A DNA stretch of 62,479 nt, filler included, from Chiloscyllium plagiosum (lineage: Eukaryota), in assembly GCF_004010195.1 (NCBI RefSeq). It is 3 parts of one record of this genome, joined end to end, with 100 filler letters (N's around TTAATTAATTAA, not from the genome) between each part and the next. Parts side by side here need not be neighbours in the genome. Positions count along the whole stretch, not along the records: positions 46,480 to 62,479 come from NC_057712.1; 2 more parts are not named here. One strand, given 5' to 3'. The translations under genes and the position numbers were made by a program. Position 1 is the first letter of the stretch; the number at the start of each line of letters is the position of its first letter. Of this stretch, positions 50,701 to 60,812 are shown piece after piece. Under the pieces are notes generated by a model, which had not been told where the DNA came from, did no database searches, and saw only the letters and a program-made list of their open reading frames with translations.

Positions 50701-51724
50701 TTAGACCATGAAACATCACTCCCTTCTTCTTCCTTTCTGTTTGTTCAATGGTTGTGGTCAGGTTGGTGATAATTGTCTCAATTGTACATTCTCCTGTTTT
50801 GACCTTTCCAACAAACTCCTTGGTTTGATCTGCAGTGAAGTATTCAGAATTGATGATTTCCCAAAGAGTTGCTTTCCGGTCTCTGAACCTGCCGAATTTT
50901 AATGAAACCAAAGTCTTTTTGAAGACTGCCTTGATCTTTTCATCGATGTGAAGCTGGATTCCCTTCACCACTTTGTCCGTAACAATCAACAGACACAGCC
51001 CAGTCTTTGGGTCAGTCACACATCTCTGCTTCAGCTCTAGGTAACTGAGGTTCTCCTGTGTGTTGGGGTCAAAGAATCCTCTGGTGTCATCACTGGGGTC
51101 AGAGAGGATCTTGTTGATCTCCTCATCAAATATCCCTCGTTGATAGGCCGCATCGACTGAAATATGTTGGCCAGAGAAGGGGTCAATGATGCCCCCTGTT
51201 GCTATCTGGGCTTCCAGTAAACGGATTCCATGTGAACGTACAACCAGGTCTTTCTTCAAAGCCTCAAAGAGGGAGATGAGGTCCCCAGTGTAAGGGTCTT
51301 TATAACCCACTACCCCCTTTTCTGCAGACACTAGCTTATCATATACATCTGTCCCAATGATTCCCTCCTGGAGAGCCTCATCCACAGACAACTTTTGTTC
51401 GGTCACTGGGTCAATGATGAAGCCAGTAGCTGCTTGTGCTTCTAACAGCATCATTGCTGTTCCTGGCTGCAACAACCCCTTCACCTTTGCTTGGTAAATG
51501 CTCATCTTCTCATTGGTTGAATGAATGAGGAGGCCAGCAATACTGCACTCACCTTTCTGAAAGATAGTGAAGCTCTGTTTTTGGGAGAGGTCCATTCCAG
51601 GGTCACTGCTCTTTGCTGCTGGCCCCAATGACTGTTGACTCTGGTCAGCTGTGCTCACAGAGCAGCATTGCTCACCGATGAAAGCTGATGCTTCTCCATT
51701 CTGCACACGATTCACGTTTGCCAT
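47786..51724 (-). CDS. EPPK1: Epiplakin-like plakin, 1312 aa, single coding exon, four plakin-repeat domains with linkers
   Basis: Uninterrupted ORF; four SIAG...LLEAQAATGF.IDP...RLLEAQIATGGIIDP...DDTKGFFDPNT.ENL.Y..L..RCV.DP.TGLCLL units; no plakin or rod domain; ACAATGG Kozak context with in-frame TAA at 51743-51745. Orthology to EPPK1 (versus a paralog) not proven. Confidence 0.85.
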   Translation of the reverse strand: MANVNRVQNGEASAFIGEQCCSVSTADQSQQSLGPAAKSSDPGMDLSQKQSFTIFQKGECSIAGLLIHSTNEKMSIYQAKVKGLLQPGTAMMLLEAQAATGFIIDPVTEQKLSVDEALQEGIIGTDVYDKLVSAEKGVVGYKDPYTGDLISLFEALKKDLVVRSHGIRLLEAQIATGGIIDPFSGQHISVDAAYQRGIFDEEINKILSDPSDDTRGFFDPNTQENLSYLELKQRCVTDPKTGLCLLIVTDKVVKGIQLHIDEKIKAVFKKTLVSLKFGRFRDRKATLWEIINSEYFTADQTKEFVGKVKTGECTIETIITNLTTTIEQTERKKKGVMFHGLRRKVSAQQLLESNIINENLFQKLDKGLTTTEEVLQLQSVKRYLKGTCSIAGVLVESTNEKMSIYQAMKKNLLMPGTALILLEAQAATGFLIDPVTNAKFTVDEAVNNRLVSADLHRKLLSAERAVTGYKDPYTGNVISLFQALKKDLIVKDHGIRLLEAQIATGGIIDPVNSHRLPVDVAYQRGMFDQEMNKILSDSSDDTKGFFDPNTKDNLTYLQLMERCVMEPETGLCLLCLRDLRYIDNQAIIAFQKATISIKKGKFEGRAMSIWECLNSDYITDIKRREIVQEFTSKKLTIEQIITIIINTIEEREHRTQTNITVDGFRKKISLTELLKSEIIDSQTFEEVQTGNLTVTNLLKRSSVQKYLEGDSSIAGVLVESTNEKMSIYQAMKKNLLMPGTALILLEAQAATGFLIDPVTNAKFTVDEAVNNRLVSADLHRKLLSAERAVTGYKDPYTGNVISLFQALKKDLIVKDHGIRLLEAQIATGGIIDPVHSHRLPVEVAYQRGMFDQEMNKILSDAGDDTKGFFDPNTKENLTYLQLMERCVKDPETGLCLLKLTNKGVKTQQIYNRVEIEKAFRDEVITMTCGPFKGKTVSVWELLHLEYFTEEKRNELIAKYKRKEINMKTIIKIITTTIEQTQTETVTVTTSNTVTCAVPQLLTAEEVEAALRKEIVCFPVWCFLHSQLFTEKKRNELLEKYRNKEIELETIVKLIRTIIEGTQTQKETSITFLGFRSEITAEELVESKIIDEQTFQDLQTGMKTVQDVSELESVKVYLQGSDSIAGVLVESTNEKMSIYQAMKKNLLMPGTALILLEAQAATGFLIDPVTNAKFTVDEAVNNRLVSADLHRKLLSAERAVTGYKDPYTGNVISLFQALKKDLIVKDHGIRLLEAQIATGGIIDPVHSHRLPVDVAYQRGMFDQEMNKILSDAGDDTKGFFDPNTKENLTYLQLMERCVKDPETGLCLLLLKSK

Positions 51725-51929
51725 TGTCTCCGAATGAGGAATTTATCTGCCACGTGTCGTGATGGTGTCTGTGATGTTGATGCCACTTTAAAGACATGAA
51801 AATATTGTTATGGCTCACAGTCAGCCTCATACTCAATCTTCTGAACTGGAGACTATTTATAATCTTATTACTGCAGAACCAATCAACTGTTCCCTACCAG
51901 TGGAACACTATATTCTCCTTTGAAATTCT

Positions 51930-52715
51930 TTCATAGGACATGGGTATTGCTGGCTAGGCCAACGTTTCATGTCCTCCTTTAATTGCACAGGAGAAGGTGG
52001 TGGGGAGCTGCCTTCTTGAACCACTGCAGTCCATGTAGACCCACAATGCCGTTAGGGAAGAAGTTCCAGGATTTTGAGCCAGTGACAGTGTACGCACGGT
52101 GTTAACATTGACCAGAGCAGGTCAGAGGCTGGGAATCCTGCAGCGTATGGGCAGCATGGAGGCTCAGTGGTTAGCACTGCTGCCTCACAGCACAAGATAC
52201 CCAGGCTCGGGTGACGGTCCATGTGGAGTTTGCACATTTTCCATGTGTCTGAGTAGGATTGCTCCAGTTTCCTCCCATAGTCCAAAGATGTATAGTTTAG
52301 GTGAATTGGCCATGCTAAATTGTCCATAGTGTTCAGGGATGTGTAGGTTAAGTGCATTAGTCAGGGGAAATGTAGAGTAATAGGATAGGGGAATGGGTCT
52401 GGGTGGGATACTCTTCGGAGGGTTGGTGTGAACTTGTTGGGCCGAAGGGCCTGTTTCCATACTGTAGGGTTTCTAAAAAGGGAAAAAAGAGTAACTCACA
52501 AGTCAGGAGTGTGATGAAATACTCCCCATTTGCCTGGATGGGTGCAGCTCCAATAACACGCAAGAAGTTCAACACCATCCAGGTCAAAGCAAACCCTAGA
52601 TTAGAACCACATCACAAACTGCCCCTCCCTCCCACCACCGACACTCAGTAGCAGCAGTGTGTACAATCCCCTCCCTCCCCCCACCACCGACACTCAGTAG
52701 CAGCAGTGTGTACTA
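51930..52715. mobile_element. Second-family CR1-like LINE pieces (inverted tail plus forward RT C-terminus) with nested HE1 SINE
   Basis: 51930-52095 minus tail; 52100-52148 and 52490-52715 forward (caagtcaggagtgtgatgaaatactcccca...). Confidence 0.65.
52149..52470 (+). mobile_element. HE1-type V-SINE
   Basis: gggcagcatggaggctcagtggttagcactgc head, V-domain, CR1-like tail. Confidence 0.87.
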
Positions 52716-52722
52716 ACTACAA

Positions 52723-53737
52723 CAGCCCCTGCCCCACCTACAGCCACTGCCCCACATACAGCCCCTGCCCCACCTACAGCCACTGCCCCACATACAGCCC
52801 CTGCCCCACCTACAGCCACTGCCCCACATACAGCCCCTGCCCCACCTACAGCCACTGCCCCACATACAGCCCCTGCCCCACCTACAGCCACTGCCCCACA
52901 TACAGCCCCTGCCCCACCTACAGCCACTGCCCCACATACAGCCCCTGCCCCACCTACAGCCACTGCCCCACATACAGCCCCTGCCCCACCTACAGCCACT
53001 GCCCCACATACAGCCCCTGCCCCACCTACAGCCACTGCCCCACATACAGCCCCTGCCCCACCTACAGCCACTGCCCCACATACAGCCCCTGCCCCACCTA
53101 CAGCCACTGCCCCACATACAGCCCCTGCCCCACCTACAGCCACTGCCCCACATACAGCCCCTGCCCCACCTACAGCCACTGCCCCACATACAGCCCCTGC
53201 CCCACCTACAGCCACTGCCCCACATACAGCCCCTGCCCCACCTACAGCCACTGCCCCACATACAGCCCCTGCCCCACCTACAGCCACTGCCCCACATACA
53301 GCCCCTGCCCCACCTACAGCCACTGCCCCACATACAGCCCCTGCCCCACCTACAGCCACTGCCCCACATACAGCCCCTGCCCCACCTACAGCCACTGCCC
53401 CACATACAGCCCCTGCCCCACCTACAGCCACTGCCCCACATACAGCCCCTGCCCCACCTACAGCCACTGCCCCACATACAGCCCCTGCCCCACCTACAGC
53501 CACTGCCCCACATACAGCCCCTGCCCCACCTACAGCCACTGCCCCACATACAGCCCCTGCCCCACCTACAGCCACTGCCCCACATACAGCCCCTGCCCCA
53601 CCTACAGCCACTGCCCCACATACAGCCCCTGCCCCACCTACAGCCACTGCCCCACATACAGCCCCTGCCCCACTTACAGCCACTGCCCCACATACAACCC
53701 CTTCCCCACATACACCCCCTTCCCCACATACAGCACC
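52723..53737. repeat. Minisatellite, 27 x 36 bp (CAGCCCCTGCCCCACCTA-CAGCCACTGCCCCACATA) plus degenerate 18-mers
   Basis: 52723-53694 = 972 bp = 27 units; only one variant noticed (last unit). Confidence 0.97.
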
Positions 53738-53739
53738 TG

Positions 53740-54245
53740 AAGGTGGAAGTGGTTCAGGGGAGGGTAACTAGATTGATTCAAGACATGAGGGGTTTGTTTC
53801 ATGAAGAGAGATTGAACAGTTTAGGCCCATTCTGTCTGGAGTTTAGAAAAATGAGAGGAGATCTCATTGAGGTCTATAAGCTGCTAAAGGGGATTGGCAA
53901 AGTTGATGAAGAGCGCATATTTCTTCACATGGGACAATCTAGAATGTGAGATGATAGTTTTAGGTTCGGGGATAGCAGATTTAAAACAGAGACAAGGAGA
54001 AATTACTTCTCTCAAAGTGACATAAATCTGTGGAATTCCTTCCCCCAGAGTGCAGTGGATGCTGGGACATTGAATAAAATGTAAGGAGGAGATTAACGGG
54101 TTTTTAATGAGTAATGGGTTATGGAGGATGGTCAGGAAAGTAGAGTTGAGGCTGAGATATGATCAATCACGATGGTATTAAATGGTGGAGTAGACCAGTG
54201 GGGCCGAATGGCCTCCACCTGCTTCTAGTTCTGACATTCTTACGT
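53740..54245 (+). mobile_element. CR1-type LINE 3' end
   Basis: EVVQGRVTRLI...EERLNSLG...RGDLIEVYKLLKG. Confidence 0.85.
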
Positions 54246-54999
54246 TTGATCTGACTAAAAACCACCCTCAGCCTGAATAATCACTCGCCTAATGAATTAA
54301 AAGATGTGACATGTTCAACAGCTTATTTGCTTACAGTAGCTATTGTTTAAAATGAAATGTCCTTTCTGTTGTTGTAAAGATAGGGTGTCCTTTCTGCCTT
54401 CTGTACACTGGCTGCACTTACCCCTGGTGCTTGCACACAGCCAGCAATTTATTTTCTTTTTAAAAACACCAGTCATCCTGACTGGAAATGAGCAGTTTCT
54501 CGGTACATGGATAATAGTAATTTGCCCAGAGTTTCCCTCTGACCAGGAGTATGGTGCTTTTCTTGGGATTCAGTCAGAGTGTAGAGATGGTGAGGGTTGA
54601 AGACTGCCTGAAGGACTGGTGAGATATGAGTGCGGAATATCAATGACTGCACCATACCCAGTTTTTCTGAGAATGAAAGGTGGGTGTGTAATTGAACAAT
54701 CAGACTCTTTGTCATTTGTAAAGGGATGATAAGGAGATGGAAATAGACAGGCACAAGAATTTCTGGAGAATAATTACCATAAGTGCCAGCTGTCTGCTGA
54801 TACGCTGATGTTATCAGTGAAATGCACAAACAACATTTATACCAACACATTTTGTCACGAGCCTCACTCACATTGTGATGGACTTTCCACTCTGTCTGAA
54901 GGTACTGTGTGCACTTGGCAAGACCCCAGTCTGTTTGGGCATGAAGTGTTATGAAAAGTTCAGGTGATTATTAGCACTGACAGGACCTCACTGTTCGAA

Positions 55000-55430
55000 T
55001 CTACCTGCCTGTTTTGTCAGTAAGGAGAGTTTGGCCACACTGCCAAAAAGGTTACAGAAGTCCAGCTTTGATTTTCTCACTGGGGATGATATTGTGGCCA
55101 TAAACATAGGGAAGGGTTTTGCTGGAAAGGAGACAGGGAAGGTGTTTCCACATGTGACTGAAATCAAACCTCGATGCCATAAATACAAAACAGTCATTAA
55201 TAAAACTGTTCAGCAATTTCGGACATTCCTCTTTCCCCAGTGAGTGAGCCAGATGGGAAACTTGCTCCCAGAAGGAGTGCTCAAGGTGGTCACTGAAGGG
55301 GAAAGCTGGATAAATGCATGAGAGAGAAAGGGATAGGACACTGGGATGTGATGAAAAGTGAGTTAGAGGATACTTGTGTGGGGCAGATACACCAGCACAG
55401 AACAGCTGGGCTGAATGGCCTGCACACTTG
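55000..55430 (+). mobile_element. Old CR1-type LINE 3' end
   Basis: GDDIVAINIGKGF...GKVFPHVTEIKPRCHKYK; tail gggctgaatggcctg. Confidence 0.6.
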
Positions 55431-55756
55431 ATTTCCAAGTTAGTGCAGCAGAAGGAGCTGGTAAATGAGAAACTACAATGTTAAATCACAGAATCCCTAC
55501 AGTGTGGAAGCAGGCCATTCAGCCCATTGAGTCCACACCAACTGCCTCTGGCCCAGACCCATCCCATCTTTGTAGCCCTACATTTCCCAACACATCTGCA
55601 ATACATGAAATGAAGACTGAGCTACAGACAGTGTGGAGCATCAGGGAGTGGGAGAGTGAGCTGGGCACTTTCTTCCAGGGGGCAGTCACAGCTTTTTGGA
55701 CAGAGCCAATTATTCAGGGACAGGAAGGTGTGACTGTAAGTGAAGAGGGTAAGGGG

Positions 55757-55879
55757 AGAAAGTGAGGTCTGCAGATGCTGGAGATCAGAGCGGGAAATGT
55801 GTTGCTGGAAAGGCGCAGCAGGTCAGGCAGCATCCAGGGAACAGGAGAATCGACGTTTCGGGCATAAGCTCTTCATCAG
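55757..55879 (-). mobile_element. Short Penelope-derived, hammerhead-bearing insert (123 bp)
   Basis: TSD gaaga(g/a)ggtaagggg at 55742-55756 and 55880-55894; minus strand starts cCTGATGAagagcttatgcccGAAACGTC. Confidence 0.87.
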
Positions 55880-56339
55880 GAAGAAGGTAAGGGGGCCCAG
55901 CGAAGGACTGCAACTGGCCGTGGGCTTGGGGATGTTGCAGAAATGAACAGGCACAATGGCTCGACAGGGGTGGGAGTAGAGATGAGGACTGCCAGAAGTT
56001 TTCAGCCTGAACTTATCAGGGTGTTTTAAATGGAGGCATTACAGCAAGGTCGGTGTCATTAGTTGGTAACTCAGAATGTTTGAACACAAATTGGACGTGT
56101 TTAGTACAGGCCTGATGACTGAGTGCCAGTCTGTCTCTGAAACAGTATGGCAGTCTATGTTTGGAATTCCAGATTAGTCTCACCCTGTACTGTGGGAGTT
56201 TCAGCAGACTGAACCACATCTAAACCTCTGACCTGAAGTATATTTACACTGTAACAGTGCAGATATCATCATGGTTTTTATAGAAGGCATCTTGTGCAGT
56301 GAATAAATGCAGGCATGGAGTTGTTAGGTTGATGGACTG

Positions 56340-56722
56340 GAACTGAGGGGTGAGGTGTGTAGATTAAACCCTCTCAACAGAGAGAAGGTCTTTGACACAT
56401 GAGGTAGCAGTACTGTTGGTGGGGACCTCAGTCCGACCTCTCTCTGTCTTTGTGAGGTTAATGACTCCTGTCACTATCTCACTGAAGAGCAGGAGACTCT
56501 CCCCACTGTCGTAGACAAGAATAATCACTGAATCATTATCACAAAGAAGGAGAGATTATCTGGGCATCATCACATGGCTGTTTGTGGGATCCTTCTGTGT
56601 ACAATAGATGAACTGCCTGATTTTCTTTCATTTGACAATGTCTATTCTCTGAAACCCTCTTCATTGGCAATGGCCTGCTTTGGACCATACTAAGGATGTG
56701 AAAGGTGCTATAATAATGCACC
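56340..56722 (+). mobile_element. DeuSINE (Deu-domain SINE with L2-type tail), old copy
   Basis: gaagagcaggagactctcccc.ctgtc; agattatctgg.catcatcacatggctgtttgtgggatcctt.ctgtgt; tgaaaggtgctataataatgca. Confidence 0.7.
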
Positions 56723-57049
56723 CACAAAAAATGTGAAAGATGATTGTTTAAAAGGCAGGTGTTAAAGGAATACAGAGATCTTGGAGGATTTTGGCATGAG
56801 AACAGGTAACTGAGTTGAGGAGCAGCAAGACATCACAATGATCGAAAAATGAATGTTGACCTAAATGTTCCACTGAGCTCTGCCTGACGAGGGCAAGTTG
56901 CGAGTGAACCAAAACAAAATGAACAATGCACTGAACATAAATCAGTCATTTTAAGAATAGAGGAACTACTGCACTAACACCCCCTGCCTCACTGCCTGTA
57001 CCTGTCCCACTGTACCAACATCCTCCTGCTTCACTGTTTGTAGACCTGT

Positions 57050-57980
57050 CTGTTAATGTAACCCACTGTTCAAGAAGGGAGGGAGGCAGAAGACAGGAAG
57101 AGGTAGACCGATTAGCCTGACCTCAGTCGTTGGTAAGATTTTAGAGTCCATTATTAAAGATGAGATAACAGAGTACTTGGAAGTGCATAGTAAAACAGGG
57201 CTGAGTCAGCACGGCTTCATCATGCCTGATGAATCTGTTAGAATTCTTTGAGGAGGTAATGAGCAAGTTAGACAAAGGGGGCCCATTGGATATTATCTAT
57301 TTGTGTTCTGAGGAAGGATCACTGGACCTGAAACATTAACTCTGATTTCTCTCCACAGATGTTGCCAGACATGCTGAGCATTTCCAGCAATTTCCGTTTT
57401 TGTTGTTGATCTATTTGGGTTTTCTGAAGGCCTTTGACAAGTTGTTGCACAGGAGACTGTGAAAAAAGATAACAGCACATGGTGTTAGAGACAAGGTACC
57501 ATCATGGATAAAGGATTGGGTGACTGGCGAAAACAGAGAGTGTGGATAAATGGGTCTTTTTCAAGATGGCAGCCGGTGACGAGTGGAATTCCATAGAGAT
57601 CAGTGTTGGTAAAAAAATTATTCACGTTGTACATTAACAATCTGGACAAAGGAACTGAGGACATTGTTGCTAAGTTTGCAGATGTCACAAAGATAGATGG
57701 AGGGACAGGTCGTGTTAAGGAAGTGGGGAGGCTTCTAATCTCTGCATAAATGCTTCTGTTAAGAATCTGATATTGGTGATCCCAGTCTGCCCAATTGGCT
57801 GGATGGTGGTTGAGGGGAAGCACTTCAATCCAGAAAAAAAAAGGATGGGGAAGGAAATAAGGTATGAATTGGGTATGTTCGGGATGGCGAGGGGGGTGGG
57901 ATGGTGGTGGTTGTTTTTGACTAGCACAGATATGATGAGGGCTGAAGGCCTTTTCATGTGCTGTAGATTTCTCTGACTCC
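57050..57980 (+). mobile_element. CR1-type LINE RT fragments
   Basis: NVTPLFKKG, RPISLTSVVGKILES, SQHGF, KAFDK, KFADVTK motifs. Confidence 0.85.
57308..57408 (+). mobile_element. Short Penelope-derived, hammerhead-bearing insert (101 bp) in CR1
   Basis: TSD atctatttg(t/g)gtt at 57295-57307 and 57409-57421; begins CTGAGGAaggatcactggacctGAAACattaac. Confidence 0.8.
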
Positions 57981-58284
57981 ATATTTTTACACCACTTACA
58001 TGCCTTACTATCTGGGTGTGAAGGAGCAAACCTGTATACAATGACCAGAACCCTCCAAATATCAGACCCAGTGGTACAGAAACCGGTCCACGTAGACCAA
58101 CATAGTTCACAGCCCTAAACCGTTATAGTTGACTGTGTATGACGAATATACTTCCTCAGTCACAGGTACCAAGAGAGTGGTGAAGCAGCTCTTCAGCTGA
58201 TTGAAATTGAAACAAGATTATATTAATGAATACACCTACCACTTTTCATTCTACAGAAAACACCCTCAAAGATCCAAAACAATG

Positions 58285-58580
58285 TGTCCTGGGAATGTTT
58301 GATAGGGGACAGTGTAGAAAGATCTTTACTCCATATCTAACTCCATGCTGTCCCTATCCGAGGAGTGTTTGATGGGGCCAGTGCAGAGAAAGCTTTACTC
58401 AGTATCTCATCCCATGCTATCCCGGGAGTGTTTGATGGGGACAATGTAGAGGTTGTTTTACTAAGAAGAAGGGCCTGTGCCCGAAACGTCGAATCTCCTG
58501 TTCCCTGGATGCTGCCTGACCTGCTGTGCTGTTCCAGCAATAAAGTTTCAACCTTACTCTGTAACTAACCCCACGCTGTA
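58285..58580 (+). repeat. Degenerate tandem repeat of about 60-68 bp (gggagtgtttgatggggacagtgtaga...ctttactc...atctaac), about 3 units, interrupted by a Penelope-derived piece at 58463-58552
   Basis: Units seen at about 58290, 58360 and 58424; related fragment near 60372. Confidence 0.75.
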
Positions 58581-58589
58581 AAATAATAT

Positions 58590-60370
58590 GATCATAAGAT
58601 ATAAGAGAATGAGACCTGCTCTGCCATTCCATTACGGCTGATATGTTTCTCAAGCCCAATCTCCTGCCCTCTCCCCATAACCCTTGACCCAAGAACCTAT
58701 CTTTCTCTGTCTTAAATACACTCAATGACTTGGCCTGCACAGCCCTCTGTGGCAATAAATTCCACAGTTTCCCAACCCTCTGGCTGAAGAAATTCCTCTT
58801 CATCTTAGTCCTAAAGGGTCGTCCCTTCACTCTGAGGCTGTGTCCTCAGGTCCTAGTCTCTCCTCAGCTACTCTGTCCTGACCTGTCAGTATTTTGTAAG
58901 TTTCAATCTGATCCCTCCTCATCCTTCTAAATTCCATTCAGTATGGACCCAGAGTCCTCAACCATTCCTCATATGACAACCGTTCATTCCTGGGATCATT
59001 CTTGTAAACCTCCTGTACACCCTCTCCAACACCACCACTTCCTCTGGCAGCTCATTCCATACACACACCACCCTCTACGTGCAAAAGTTGCCCCTTAGGT
59101 CTCATTTAAATCTTCCCCCTCTCACCCTAGACCTATGCCCTCTTGTTCAGAACTCACCTACCTGGGGGAAAAGACCTTGTCTATTTATCCTATCCATGCC
59201 CCCCATGATTTTATAAACCTCTATAAGGTCACACCTCATTCTCCGAAGCTCCAGGGAAAACAGCCTGAGCCTATTCAACCTCTCTCTATATCTCAAATCC
59301 TCCAACCCTGGCAACATCCTTGTGAATCTTTTCTGCACTCTCTGAAATTTAATATCTTTCTTATATCAGGGACCCCAAAATTGAGCGTAGTAGTCTAGAA
59401 GTGGCTGAACCAATGTCCTGTACAGCCACAACATGACCTCCCAACTCCTGTACTCAATACTCTGACCAATAAAGGAAAGCATACCAAACGCCTTCTTCAC
59501 TATCCTATCTACCTGTGACTCCACTTTCAAGGAGCTATGAACCTGCACTCCAAGGTCTCTTTGTTCAGCAACAACCCCCAAGACTACTAAGTGTCTAAGT
59601 CCTACTCTGATTTGCTTTTCCAAAATGCAGCACGTCGCATTTACCTAAATTAAACTCTATCTGCCACTCCTTGGCTCACTGGCTCATCTGACCAAGATCC
59701 TGTTGTACTCTGAGATAACCCTCTTCGCTGTCCACTGCACCTTCAATTTTGGTGTCATCTGCAAACTTACTAACTGTACCTCCTATATTCACATTAAAAT
59801 CATTGATATAAATGACAAAAAGCCGTGGATCCAGCACTGATCCATGTGGCACACTGCTGGTCACAGGCCTTCAGTCTGAAAAGCAACCCTCCACCATCAC
59901 CCGCTGTCATCTATCTTTGAGCTAGTTCTATGTGCAAATGGCTAGTTCTCCCTGTATTCTCTGTGATCTAACCTTGCTAACCAGCCTCCCATGAGTAACC
60001 TTGTCAAACACCTTGCTGAAGACCACATAGACAATGTCCAAACTGTTCCAAGGAAGGGTCATTCAACCCAAAATGTTAACTCTGATTTCTTTCCACAGGT
60101 GCTGCCAGACTTGCTGAGTTTTTCTAGCAATTTCTATTTTTGTTTCAAGATATCATTGTTTGTTTCTCCAAGTTCTGTCACTTCTATACCCTTCTCCACA
60201 GTACATACAGACACGAAATACTCATTTAGTATCTCACCCACCTCCTGTAGTTCCACACATAGGTGGCCTTGTTGATCTTTAAGGGGGGGATACTCTCCCT
60301 AGTTCGTCTTTTGCCCTTAATGATTTTTCAAATCTCTTTGGACTCTCTTTAACCCTATTTACAAAAGCTG
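58590..60370 (-). mobile_element. Adjacent CR1-type LINE fragments (two subfamilies), with Penelope-derived piece at about 60043-60147
   Basis: SSVPHGSVL, KFADDTK, KKAFGMLSFIG, KMKRNFFSQRVGKLWN on minus strand. Confidence 0.88.
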
Positions 60371-60812
60371 TCCTGGTGGTGTTTGATGAGGGATGGTGTA
60401 GAGGAAGCTGTGCTTCTTGTCCTGGCAGCATTTAATTAATTCATTGATTGGATGTGAGATTCAGTGACTGGGCCATTCCTAAGTGGCCCTCGATCTCAGT
60501 GGTTAGTGAGGGCCATTTCAGAGGACCAGCTTTTGGGTCTGGAGTCATATGTAGCTTTCAACTTCCAGTTTTTATTGATCTGAAATTTCACCATCTGGCT
60601 TCGTGAGATTTGAACCCATTTGCTTGGGTTCTGGATTACTAAACCACTGTTACACCTCTCCTGGGGACAGTTGAGAGGGCTGTGTCCAATAAGTGTCTCA
60701 TTTTCTCAATCACTTGCAGTGTGAGTTTTATGAATGTTTTGTGCTCTGTATTTGTGTGAAGTGCACGTGGGGACAGTTCTTGATTAGAGTAAGAATCCTG
60801 AGGACTGTGAGA

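Noticed and set aside
47786..51724. Terminal exon of plectin, desmoplakin or dystonin
   Set aside because: In-frame stop six codons before the ATG, no rod or plakin exons recognised upstream, no C-type domain or GSR tail, and epiplakin-type linkers.
52723..53694. Regular repeat array as a possible CRISPR
   Set aside because: No unique spacers, no cas genes, vertebrate DNA.
52694..53740. 329-344 aa repetitive ORFs (CPTYSP/H, GAVAVGGAGAVC, WGRGCM) resembling Cys-rich or silk-like structural proteins
   Set aside because: They arise because the 36-bp unit lacks stops in several frames on both strands; no synonymous variation, no signal peptide, and flanks are LINE debris.
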